A stretch of DNA of 64,000 nucleotides, from the IMG/VR virus record IMGVR_UViG_3300046330_000229, positions 1-64,000 of that record, one strand, 5' to 3'. Shown here one piece after another: positions 42,111 to 51,919 of this stretch (its first letter is position 1; every line of letters starts with the position of its first letter). The position numbers were made by a program, and so were the translations under genes. The notes below the pieces were generated by a model. The model made no database searches, had not been told where the DNA came from, and saw nothing but the letters and a program-made list of their open reading frames with translations. This DNA comes from a virus.

Positions 42111-42380
42111 TGCAAACTACATGCCAACTCTCCCCTTGCAAGAACTATACCAACGTATTGTTTTGATACATGGTATGATACTTGCACTCTTCAATATTCA
42201 TGCCTACTATATTTATATACATCCAGCATTGTATGTGCATTGACCATTGTCAGTGTCCTATAGACGTATAGCGACTCTATCTACAGAGGAGCTATATGTT
42301 TGTGTATGTATCTATTATCTTTTAACTATAGACTTATTACAGCGTGTAATGATGTTGTGCATTCTGGTATATATATTGCA
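42111..42380. promoter_or_regulatory. Cluster of sigma54 (-24/-12) boxes
   Basis: Minus strand: TGGCATGTAGTTTGCA (42111-42126) and TGGTATAGTTCTTGCA (42137-42152); plus strand: TGGTATGATACTTGCA (42171-42186) and TGGTATATATATTGCA (42365-42380); all GG-N10-GC. Confidence 0.75.
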
Positions 42381-42655
42381 GAGTGTGTATTCTTTATGTG
42401 TTATATATTCGATATGGTTGTGTTAGATCGTATATGTTTGTTATAAGGCGTGTTTGTGTGTCTATTCATTTATACCTACATATAACCACTATCTATCTAT
42501 ATCTTGTCAACCTTTATTTATTTTGGATACACCTCTAGATTATTAGGAGTCAATCCGTTTATTACAATGTATCTTTTGGATATCAAGGTTGTACATAAGG
42601 TACGATATACTTCAGATATTCGATACGATATTCTAATAATACGCATCTTATATAT

Positions 42656-42800
42656 ACTAGAGTAGTTGTCCGCCTGTCCCTTATTTACAGCTAGGGATTA
42701 GGTGCTCTCTGTTAGCTTAGTCCGATCTTAGCCTTGATTTTTACTCTTAGCCTCAAATAGTTCTTATCGTATTGTTTACGGTCTAGCTCTAGTTATCTTG
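42656..42800 (-). ncRNA. Candidate late-expressed structured RNA or leader
   Basis: Downstream of a late-promoter motif; closing stem ACUAGAGCUAG / CUACUCUAGU; internal UCCCU/AGGGA stem. Confidence 0.45.
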
Positions 42801-42814
42801 TCTTACTATATATG

Positions 42815-43024
42815 TTAACCGTGCTTAGTTACATGGATTATGTAATGTCTAGCTGCGGATAAAATATCTTTTGGATATCCTTTTTTATTATTTGAATGTT
42901 CAGCAATGTGCGGTGCGAGCTTTAAGCAAAATTCTATATCGTTTCTTAATAACGCTAACTCAAAAGCTTGATCTACATTAGTCTGTATTTTTCTATTCTT
43001 ATATCGTTTTCTTTTTACTGTCAT
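42815..43024 (-). CDS. Small basic hypothetical protein
   Basis: MTVKRKRYKNRK...; own TTGACA-17-TATAGT promoter (43062-43034). Confidence 0.5.
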   Translation of the reverse strand: MTVKRKRYKNRKIQTNVDQAFELALLRNDIEFCLKLAPHIAEHSNNKKGYPKDILSAARHYIIHVTKHG

Positions 43025-43058
43025 AATCTCATTACTATACACTATATTTTGTACACTG

Positions 43059-43086
43059 TCAAGTAAATAATCACTAATGCCGATAA
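43059..43086 (+). promoter_or_regulatory. sigma28 (FliA)-type promoter
   Basis: TCAAGTAA-N12-GCCGATAA. Confidence 0.7.
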
Positions 43087-43188
43087 GTGAATAACTACAT
43101 TATGTTAGCCGTTTTCTAATATCTTTATTTAAAATATATGCTTATAAGTTTTACACTGTCAGATAGCCGCTTGTGCTTTAAATTACAC

Positions 43189-43217
43189 TTGACACGGCAC
43201 TACGATTGCAATACACT
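43189..43217 (+). promoter_or_regulatory. Nested sigma70 and sigma54 promoter
   Basis: TTGACA-N17-TACACT, with CGGCACTACGATTGCA (43195-43210) occupying the spacer. Confidence 0.75.
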
Positions 43218-43254
43218 TAATCAAGATGCTCAAACATAACAAAAGGATAAAACA

Positions 43255-43710
43255 ATGAAATATTACTCAAGATCAAATATGTACAAGTCAGGTCAGAACT
43301 TAGTCCTAAACATGAATAACATGGTTGCAACGTCTTACGAATGGTATACATTAGCTAAGCAATTGAATAATGGCACAATGCTATTAAATATTTATAACTA
43401 TTCAAGTACAACGGTAAGACATTATTACAAGATGCGTAAACAGTTAACGAGCTTAGGTCTTGACATAATTGAGATTGAAGCGCCAAAAGGTCTACAAGAC
43501 TTAACTAGTGCTGTCAACTTATACAAGCGTTATATCACTGACTTGGAATCTGCCATTGATAAAAAGGGTAGCCGGTCGAGCACTAACGCAGTGCGTAGCG
43601 AGCTTATAAAGACATACAAGGAAAAAATACACTTTATTACTAGCATTCAATTTATGGAATCTAAACCCTCGCCAATTGAACGAGTTATGTATAACATGGA
43701 CGGTAAGTAA
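43255..43710 (+). CDS. Putative first early gene, hypothetical
   Basis: AAAGGA RBS; preceded by three promoter types; YSSTTVRH motif. Confidence 0.65.
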   Translation: MKYYSRSNMYKSGQNLVLNMNNMVATSYEWYTLAKQLNNGTMLLNIYNYSSTTVRHYYKMRKQLTSLGLDIIEIEAPKGLQDLTSAVNLYKRYITDLESAIDKKGSRSSTNAVRSELIKTYKEKIHFITSIQFMESKPSPIERVMYNMDGK

Positions 43711-43945
43711 CATGAGAAAACTATATAAATACAGTGAATTAGATCAGCGAGGTAAAGCTCGAGCCGCGCAATGTTATCAACACGGCTTAAAAGAGAACAA
43801 GTTCTTTTCTGATGATGACATACCGGATATATTAGTGTGCTACGAATTATGTCTCGACACTGACGAGGTGTCAGCTTATGATGTAAATGGTGAACTATTA
43901 GAATTAACTGAAGCTGAAGAAACAATATTTTTTAAGGACTAGGTT

Positions 43946-44434
43946 ATGAAACGACTAGCTTTAATTTTGATTGCAGCATTGCCTTTGTCACTGTCTTATA
44001 TTGATACACCGTCACAGCCTCGCAGTAACGAGTATGACATTATTCGAGAGCTTGTCTTGTCTCAATCTATGACACCGCATGACGAGGCTATTAAGGCCAT
44101 AGTTAAGGCCTCTAAAATATACAGCCTTGACAGTCGTGAGCTTACTGCCATTGCTGTCATTGAAAGTAGTTTCAATCCTAGAGTACGTACTATGACGAAT
44201 CATAATGGTACACAAGACGTAGGTATGTTTCAAATAAACACTATCAATCATGTTACTTGTAAAGGTCTAGATCTGTCAGACGTTAGCGACAATGCTTTAT
44301 GTGCTGCGAAGCTTTTATCTAAACACAAGGAAAGTCGTTCTGACTACTTAGGCGTTTATCATTCTAAGACACAAGATAAAAAAATGAAATATATTCAAAA
44401 AATAACTAAAGTACTTGCTAACACTAGCCGATAG
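43946..44434 (+). CDS. Secreted lytic transglycosylase (SLT family)
   Basis: Signal peptide; IAVIESSFNP (catalytic Glu), DVGMFQIN, GVYHS. Confidence 0.88.
   Translation: MKRLALILIAALPLSLSYIDTPSQPRSNEYDIIRELVLSQSMTPHDEAIKAIVKASKIYSLDSRELTAIAVIESSFNPRVRTMTNHNGTQDVGMFQINTINHVTCKGLDLSDVSDNALCAAKLLSKHKESRSDYLGVYHSKTQDKKMKYIQKITKVLANTSR
44407..44434 (+). promoter_or_regulatory. sigma28 (FliA)-type promoter
   Basis: TAAAGTAC-N12-GCCGATAG. Confidence 0.65.
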
Positions 44435-45129
44435 GTATAGTATAACAGTAACAAAGGACGCTTAAATGAAAAAAGACTTAGAATTAGAATATAACTCATT
44501 CAAATATGATACAGACCGAGGTGAAATGTTAGTCATTGACGTTTTAAATAATGATGGTAAATTCAGCGAGTACGCTCTTAATCGTCACACTGGACTAAAA
44601 ATCATATTAAGTCAATATGTATCATCTAGAGACTACAACGACATTATGATTATGGCTGAAAAATTTGAATATGAGTCGGGCGATAAAGATTATTTTGACA
44701 AACACGGATAATAGTAATATACTAATAAAAAAGGAATAAAAAATGGAATACTTACCACTAGCATTATTTTTAGCACTAGCGCCTATCTTGTGGATAGCAA
44801 TGATTTTAAATGAAGCTGATATCAAGCGACAAGATGATGAATTGAATAAAATCAATGGCTGGGCTGAATAATGATAAAACTACTTATATGCGGCGGCTTA
44901 TTATTTTACGGCCATTGGATCATTGCCTTAATAGTATTATTTTTTGTAACAATTGACTAATTAACAAAGGACTAGAAAATGAAATATGTAATTAAAGACA
45001 GAAACGATAAACAAGTGTTTGACGTAACATTCACCGACTTCAATCTTGCTGAAATATTTTTATGTGACACTTTAAAGCATAATTACGAGCGCACTAGATC
45101 ATGGTACTTTATCGTTGAGGCTGCCTAGT

Positions 45130-45510
45130 ATGACTCATATAACATACAGCGAGCAATATGGTCGAGAGGTAACGAGTCTTAAGCTTATTCCAAAGGGCAC
45201 TATCGTTGCCTTGTGTGAGCTTTTGGTCTTGTCTGAACAAGATACAAAAACGGTAGACAGTACAGATCTTAAGTATTACGTTTTTAAATATAACGAGACA
45301 CAAGATTGCTTAGTTATGGGCGAAGGTGAAATATTCAATCATAGTGATACGCCTAACACTGAATACAAACTTGTCCAGCATGAGGGCAGATCTAAAATGC
45401 AATTTACTGCACTAGATGATATTCCAGCCGGCACTCAACTATTTACGGACTACAATGCTGATATTAAGGTCAATACAAACGACTATGTACAAAAGAATAT
45501 GGTCGGATAG
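45130..45510 (+). CDS. SET-domain lysine methyltransferase
   Basis: IFNHSDTPN and FTALDDIPAGTQLFTDY SET signatures; ATG at 45130 after the stop of an upstream 49-aa ORF (44979-45128). Confidence 0.85.
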   Translation: MTHITYSEQYGREVTSLKLIPKGTIVALCELLVLSEQDTKTVDSTDLKYYVFKYNETQDCLVMGEGEIFNHSDTPNTEYKLVQHEGRSKMQFTALDDIPAGTQLFTDYNADIKVNTNDYVQKNMVG

Positions 45511-45800
45511 TCGTGTACAGTGTTATTATTTTTGCAATCTTTACAGGGGCTAGTATTGTTTTAGTCCCCTTGTGTCTTTTAGACGAGTCTTACAAGTGGG
45601 CTTTTTTGTTTTCCGTATCATTTTTAGTCAGTTTATTTATTACTTGCTTCGAGCTGTCTAGGCTCTAGTCATTCATACAAAAGTTCTACATAGTCATAAC
45701 GGCTTGAATTTATTAATGTTTTACTACTAAAGCCTTTTTTCGTATATAAGTTTTACACTCAAATATTTTTAGTTTTCAATGTTTTCAAGTACTTAGGCTA

Positions 45801-45816
45801 TGGCATACCGACTGCA
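45801..45816 (+). promoter_or_regulatory. sigma54 promoter with adjacent IHF-like site
   Basis: TGGCATACCGACTGCA; TTTCAAGTACTTA immediately upstream resembles IHF WATCAANNNNTTR; AAAGGA RBS and ORF 45853 downstream. Confidence 0.7.
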
Positions 45817-46665
45817 TATAGTATATGTATCAACTAAACAAAGGACTAAAAAATGCAAATAATTCAAATAAGTTTTATAAAAAATGGTGTGTGGTTAGCT
45901 TCACACTATACTACTAATAAACATGATATGTCGTTGACTCCTGATAAGTCGTTGATAAGTCTTTTTGGTACGCATTCATTACCGACTCCGTATCCTGACT
46001 ACACTTGCCCGCACGAGGTTGCTGAAATGATTCAGAATAAAAACCCACAAGCTATAGTTGAGGTTGTCTAATATGAGAAAATACGCTAATACAGAAAAAT
46101 CAAGTGACAATATCGAGACTGTAATCGGACTTAAAGAAGCTCTAGAGGAGTTCATGGACTCCGTAAAAGAAAATGTCAATCCTTTTAGTGACGCATTCAC
46201 TAATGAAGTGAATGAACTGCCTTGGGAGTCTTGCAGCGGCTTCATAGCACATAATCATAACAGGGGCGGTCTTGACTTTATATCAATCGAAAGTATTGAC
46301 CGACTTGTAGGCAGCGGCGAGCACATGGGATTGAAAATCTCAAACTGGGTCAATGAACAATACGACGAGACTTATAAAAACGTAGTTACTGAAAACCCTT
46401 CATTAGAAACTGACAGCAATGCGTTTTACGAGGCCTTAGACTCTAGTTTTTGTTCTGATTATGATACAGTAGCATTCCGTGTACGCGCTATGTATGAGGG
46501 CAGCGGTTTACTTGTGGTGCATGTTGGATATGACAAGGACGCACCTTATTTTCGATGGTCTTGTAAAGCGCATCAAGAGATTGAAATTAAATTCAAGACA
46601 ATTGCTGGACTTAAAAGAAAATTAAAGGCTTTAATAAAAAAGATTGAAGTTTAGTAAAATAAAAC

Positions 46666-46692
46666 TAAAGTATTTTAAAACGTAGCCGATAA
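46666..46692 (+). promoter_or_regulatory. sigma28 (FliA)-type promoter
   Basis: TAAAGTAT-N11-GCCGATAA, near-consensus, intergenic, followed by GAGG RBS and ATG at 46713. Confidence 0.8.
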
Positions 46693-48594
46693 GTATATCA
46701 AGAGGTAAAAAAATGAAAATTTCAAAAGAATTACAAACTGAATATAAAAGACTAACAAGACTCAATAAAGCTATGATTAAAGCCGTTTTAAATTTTAATG
46801 ATTTTGATTCTTATGTTTTAAGTATCAAGGATAGTCTAGAGCGTATTGAACAGATTAAAAAAGGAGTAAAATAATATGTATAAAATTGAGACAAACTTAA
46901 CTGAAACACCTTACGTCAATCAAATATGTGTAAGACTTAACGCTTTAAAAGGCATATACGGATTATGTCAACTAGAATCTTGTCTTGCTGTAATCCTAGC
47001 CGGTCAATCGTCTAAACAAGTAATTTTAGCAAGACATATACATAACCTTGTGTTAAGCTATGACAAGACAGATATAAACGACGCACTATATATCATGTGC
47101 TTATTACAAAATACACAAGAGGTTGCATAGTTATGTACAAAAGAAAAACACAAGACGAATATATTTTATTAGGTAACTACGGCTACGGTCATGGTTATGA
47201 GGAGTTAACTGCGGAAAGTAGTCGCATTGAAATTAGACAGCGCCTAAAAGAATATAAAGAAAACGACTCTTATGCTTTAGACTTTAAAATAATTAAAAAA
47301 CGCGTGAAAATTGAAACTAATGAGGTAACTTAACATGAAAACAGCATATGATTTTTTAATGAAACTGTACGATGATATGACTAATGACGAAAATAGAGAC
47401 GAGCAGCTTTATTCAGAATTAGAATCAACACTAGTCACACTTAAAAATGAAATGGACGGACTTTAATATGGAAAAACAATTTTATACAAAAACCGGTCAA
47501 CTAACAGACTACGCACTAGCGTGCGGATATATGCAGACCTTTGAAGCATTAGACGAGCGCCTTTGTTTATATAAAGAACACAATGCGTATCATGTAAAAA
47601 TGACAAGCAATGTATCAAGAGTCTGGGAGGTGTTCGACACGTTAACAGAGGCTAGACAGTTTTATAAAAAAGAATATCTAAAGCTTGAACTAGCAAGATT
47701 AAATTCAAGACTAGGCTTTACAGCAAATTGTGACTTGTTATATAAAAAGATTGATAAAATAGAAAAAACTTTAAAAGGAATGAACTAGTATGATGAAATA
47801 TCAAGTAGATATTGAATTTAGGTATACGACAAAAAATGATGACGACGAAACTGATTATCATTTTAAAACTTGTGTTATAGGCATATACAACACACTAGAC
47901 GATGCTGTACAAGCTGGAAACATTATGCTTGAGTCACAACTAGAGACTAGGTTTAAATTAAATGAACATTGGAACGTAAAGGAACGGTTTTCTAAAAATA
48001 ATGTCTTAATAAGTGAACTAGCATATTTAAGGACACCATTTCAATTTTTTGCTAGAATTAAGCCGTTACACTTTACAGATGTTGGTGAAGCTGTTGAAAA
48101 TATACTAGGACTTAAATAGTATGATGAAATATGCAATATACTTCTATGACAAAAAAGGTAACAATATAAAAATCATATCGAGACATAAAACTATTTCAAG
48201 CGCAATGAAAAAACGAGCAAAAGGCGGCTCTAGACTTGAGGATATTGCAGCATCTATGGTAGGTCTTGAATATGTATTTTTTAAAATAGACACAATGCAA
48301 GATTTATTAGAAAAACCTTATAACATAACTTATTTTAGAGGAGTGAAGTAATATGTCAAAATTGCAATGGAATATGCGGACTTCTGTCAGCGATCAGATT
48401 CCTTTTTTTGTTAACAACGACTATCTAGTGCCCTATATTATTCGTCTTAACTCAAACAATACATATACAGTATACGACACGCGTCGCTATGGCTCGCGTC
48501 AAGACTTTAATTTTTTTGGATACAGCGTTGTGTCTGTACATAAAAGTCTAGTTCAAGCTAAACGTAAGGTTAGCATTTTAAATAAAGGCTAGTC

Positions 48595-49041
48595 ATGTTT
48601 TACTATGTAACAAACACTATGCTATTTATATCAGGATTGATCTTGATATCACAAGGTTGCGCAAAAAAAGAGCCTGAAATGTTCGATCAATATCTTGTGA
48701 CTTTCCAAGTCGAGGCCATAAACAGAGGCATTGATATTCAGCGCATGAGACTGCCTACTATGCACATATACGACCGCTTTCCTGACAGTCTAGGCAATAC
48801 GCTAGGATATTGTAGGCGAGGGGACGGCGTGCCCTCTGTACATATAAGCTTGTATCAATGGAATAAAATGACAGCCGGCTGTAAAGAACGACATATTTTT
48901 CATGAACTAGGTCATTGCGTGCTGAACAAAGGTCATACAGAGGGCGGCTTTTCAATCATGACTACATATCAGCAATGGAATTGTTCATTTTACGAAAATA
49001 ATAGAACGGCGAGCCTAGATGATTTATTTGAGAGGAAATAG
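48595..49041 (+). CDS. Putative lipoprotein zinc metallopeptidase (zincin/matrixin-like)
   Basis: Lipobox-like SQGC; HELGHCVLNKGH and SIM Met-turn. Confidence 0.75.
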   Translation: MFYYVTNTMLFISGLILISQGCAKKEPEMFDQYLVTFQVEAINRGIDIQRMRLPTMHIYDRFPDSLGNTLGYCRRGDGVPSVHISLYQWNKMTAGCKERHIFHELGHCVLNKGHTEGGFSIMTTYQQWNCSFYENNRTASLDDLFERK

Positions 49042-49639
49042 ATAAGATGAAATTTAAAAATATAAATGAACTATATGACAGATACGAATATTTAAAAGTT
49101 ATGGCAGACAGAAAATCAGCGTGGAATAAGGAATCAATATCTTATGATCTTAATATTCAAAAACTAAGACAGTACGCTTTTGAGTTACGCTGTACACTTA
49201 AAGACTTAACACCTAGCGAGCAAGTTTTATTGGTCAACATAACAGAAAGTAATAGGTAGTATAATGAATCATATACAGTGGCTTTATTCGCAATTAAAAG
49301 ATCATGGTCAAGCGACGCAACGTGACTATCTGAATCATGTACCCGAGTCAATATCACGCAACGACGCTCTGCTATGGTTGTATAAACTAGAAAAGAAAAG
49401 ACTAGTTATGATTGACTATACTAAGAAAAATCCAGTGTTCTATCTACGCGAATACACTGGGGAATATTCAAATTAACGCGTAAAGGGGTCTTGCGGAATT
49501 TTAAATTTTGGGGTATACTTAACCATACCCTCGAAATAAAAAACTTTTTACCTCTAAGAGACTTTTATATTTTGAAAGTGAAAATCAAAGCCAGAAATTA
49601 CGAATTGACCCTAAGTCCCCCATATACAAAGGATGCAGC

Positions 49640-50662
49640 ATGAAAATAGTTAAGTGTAAAGAATCAGCGAAAAGCCACTACGGAAGATCGGTTTTGTTTT
49701 ACAATCCAACAAAAGGTTTGTATAGTTTTAATTCTGGTATAAAATTGGCCGTCTTGCAAGTAAACACAACCCAATTGATCAGTTTACGATCTGGAGAAGA
49801 TCAATACTTAGACCAAATAAGTAAAGAGTTAGGGGTAGACAGAAGCAATTTTATTATTGAAGAACAATTTGTTGAAGACGTGTCAGTTAATCACGCAGGT
49901 GAACACACTCATTTAGTTAGTGTAATTAAAACGGAGAACACTTCACTACCTTTTGGTACATATAAGCTTGTAACTATTAATCATACCGATTATTTGAAGC
50001 CTATTAAAATGGATAGTACTATTATTAAAGTTGGTGACAATCGTATTCACAACGAGGTGGCGGGATTCTTTAAAGATGCGCCAGTAGGACGCAGAAACAA
50101 AAAGGGTATCCTTGCTTATGGTAGGCCAGGCAACGGTAAGACCAGCGACATCATGCAGTTAGACGCATTAGCTAAGACTGAAGGGTTCTACGTTCTTATT
50201 CCACAAGATATGATTATTTTACAAGACTTTGCTGAAGTGTTTAAGAATAAAAATACTGTAGTCATTTTAGAAGAGACTACACAAATGCTGGAACGCGGGG
50301 CTTTAGAGAGCATTCTTAGCTTCCTTGACGGTGAGTATTCATGGGACAACTGTGTTACAGTGTGTACAACCAACTATCCTGATGACTTCCCTTCTAATAT
50401 TATCGATAGACCTGGACGCATTGATACGTTTATTGAGTATAAGAATCCAAGCAGCGAGGAAATTACAGCATTGGTACTGAAGTTCGGATTACCTGCTGAC
50501 GACGCATTACCGCTTCAAGGTAAAGACTTGTCCTTTGATTACGTGTCACATGTGTGTAGTATAGCTAAACAAACTGGTGAGCCTGTCAGCAAGGTTTACA
50601 ATGATATGAAAGATCGTCGTAAGTTCTTATCTGAAACATTCAAAGGGAAGATGGGTTTATAA
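49640..50662 (+). CDS. AAA+ ATPase
   Basis: ILAYGRPGNGKT, VILEE, CTTNYP, IIDRPGRID. Confidence 0.85.
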   Translation: MKIVKCKESAKSHYGRSVLFYNPTKGLYSFNSGIKLAVLQVNTTQLISLRSGEDQYLDQISKELGVDRSNFIIEEQFVEDVSVNHAGEHTHLVSVIKTENTSLPFGTYKLVTINHTDYLKPIKMDSTIIKVGDNRIHNEVAGFFKDAPVGRRNKKGILAYGRPGNGKTSDIMQLDALAKTEGFYVLIPQDMIILQDFAEVFKNKNTVVILEETTQMLERGALESILSFLDGEYSWDNCVTVCTTNYPDDFPSNIIDRPGRIDTFIEYKNPSSEEITALVLKFGLPADDALPLQGKDLSFDYVSHVCSIAKQTGEPVSKVYNDMKDRRKFLSETFKGKMGL

Positions 50663-50663
50663 T

Positions 50664-51005
50664 ATGAAGCTAACTGAAAAAGAACAACAAGAAGTGTCGG
50701 CTATTCTACGCAACACACAATCGGTATCACCTATCGTAACAAGTATGTACGACGAAACAATTGAATGCAATCCCGAGCTTAGACTATTACGTAAGAAGTT
50801 GTACAAGGCTATTGCGTTTAGTAAGCCAACGTATGGGAGACATACCAACCATTTCCGTAACGTTGACATGACCCTGGACTACATCTTTAACGATATGAAA
50901 TATTATGAACTGAGTAAGAAGTACAAAGTATGCCGGACTTTAGTTAGCGTTACAATAGCTAGAACTGTATCTGACTTAAAGAAAGAAATACTTGAGCACA
51001 TTTAA
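50664..51005 (+). CDS. Possible HTH DNA-binding protein
   Basis: C-terminal MKYYELSKKYKVCRTLVS resembles a sigma region 4-type HTH. Confidence 0.4.
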   Translation: MKLTEKEQQEVSAILRNTQSVSPIVTSMYDETIECNPELRLLRKKLYKAIAFSKPTYGRHTNHFRNVDMTLDYIFNDMKYYELSKKYKVCRTLVSVTIARTVSDLKKEILEHI

Positions 51006-51552
51006 TCTATACAAAATTATAGCTAGAACAAGTGCTAATCATCCTCTGATTAAAAAATTCATCAGCAAACATCACTATATCGGTACTCTTAGTCGCGGTA
51101 ATCAGTATGTGTATTGTTTGGGTATAGGTAACAAATTAGTAGGGGTGGCTATCTACGGTACTCCGGTTGGAACATATTGTAGTCAAAAATACGGAAACGT
51201 AATAGAACTTAAACGCTTCGCATTGTCTCCGGAATGTCCTAAGAACACAGGCTCGTGGTTTCTAGCTAAATGTCATAAGCTATTACCCAAAGGTCTGTCA
51301 GTTCTATCGTACTGTGATCCTAGCGCCGGACACGAAGGCACCCTATATCGTGCGGCTAACTTTATGTATCTAGGTAAACAAAAACACCCATCTTTTATGA
51401 TTAAAGTAAAAGGAGAGAAAAAACTATACCCAGCTAGTGTTATGTACAGATCAAAGAAAACAGGAGCTAGACTTAAACTATTGAAACAGCAAGGATTAGC
51501 CAAACAAGTTACAGCACCCTCTAAACACATATTCATATACAAAAGAACTTAG
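50992..51552 (+). CDS. Mom-family (GNAT-fold) DNA adenine modification enzyme
   Basis: KHHY, LVGVAIYG, IELKRF, NTGSWFL, SYCDP..GHEGTLYRAANF motifs. Confidence 0.8.
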   Translation: MSTFNLYKIIARTSANHPLIKKFISKHHYIGTLSRGNQYVYCLGIGNKLVGVAIYGTPVGTYCSQKYGNVIELKRFALSPECPKNTGSWFLAKCHKLLPKGLSVLSYCDPSAGHEGTLYRAANFMYLGKQKHPSFMIKVKGEKKLYPASVMYRSKKTGARLKLLKQQGLAKQVTAPSKHIFIYKRT

Positions 51553-51919
51553 ACGATACACCGAGCAATCCATAACATAACACTGGTTACATTAGGAGTC
51601 TTCTTGTGTAGCTATTCTTTCCCAGTGTTTACTTCAGCTAGCCATAAGTCTTTGTGCATTACAGCACCATAGATTAATGTCTTCTCGTCTTTGCTATCTC
51701 GTTACGTTACCCTATTTAAGTTCGGGCACTTCTCTTGACCTAGCAAGCTCACACTCGTATATCGTCTGAACGTTGTCTCTTGATTTGTTCTCGGTATTAT
51801 CGATAGCACAAACCCAGGTTTTCATTTCCTGCCATATACTGAAACAACTTCCATGCGCTTATCGTTACATAAGCCGTGCCTTGTTTAAAGAGCGGTAGGC
51901 GTTGCATGCTCTGTGTATC
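51551..51919 (-). ncRNA. Candidate large structured ncRNA (~365 nt)
   Basis: No ORF of 60 aa or more; own TTGACA-17-TATATT promoter (51948-51920); many complementary segments (see findings). Confidence 0.7.

Larger units (their letters stand above)
3253..42818 (-). promoter_or_regulatory. Dispersed phage late-promoter motif TTAACATATAT (9 copies)
   Basis: Plus-strand ATATATGTTAA at 3253, 9546, 16176, 16649 (variant), 20456, 21534, 28835, 31135 and 42808; essentially intergenic and oriented towards minus-strand transcription. Confidence 0.85.
45853..49476 (+). other. Cluster of small early hypothetical CDSs
   Basis: About 14 tightly packed plus-strand ORFs of 50-200 aa. Confidence 0.6.

Noticed and set aside
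42046-42243. 65-aa plus-strand ORF over the sigma54 box cluster
   Set aside because: GTG start without an RBS and atypical composition; the sequence is better explained by repeated DNA motifs
51551-51919. tmRNA, RNase P RNA or group I intron identity for the large RNA
   Set aside because: No GGGG...CCA tRNA-like ends, no recognisable RNase P conserved motifs, and it does not interrupt a gene; an Rfam search is still needed
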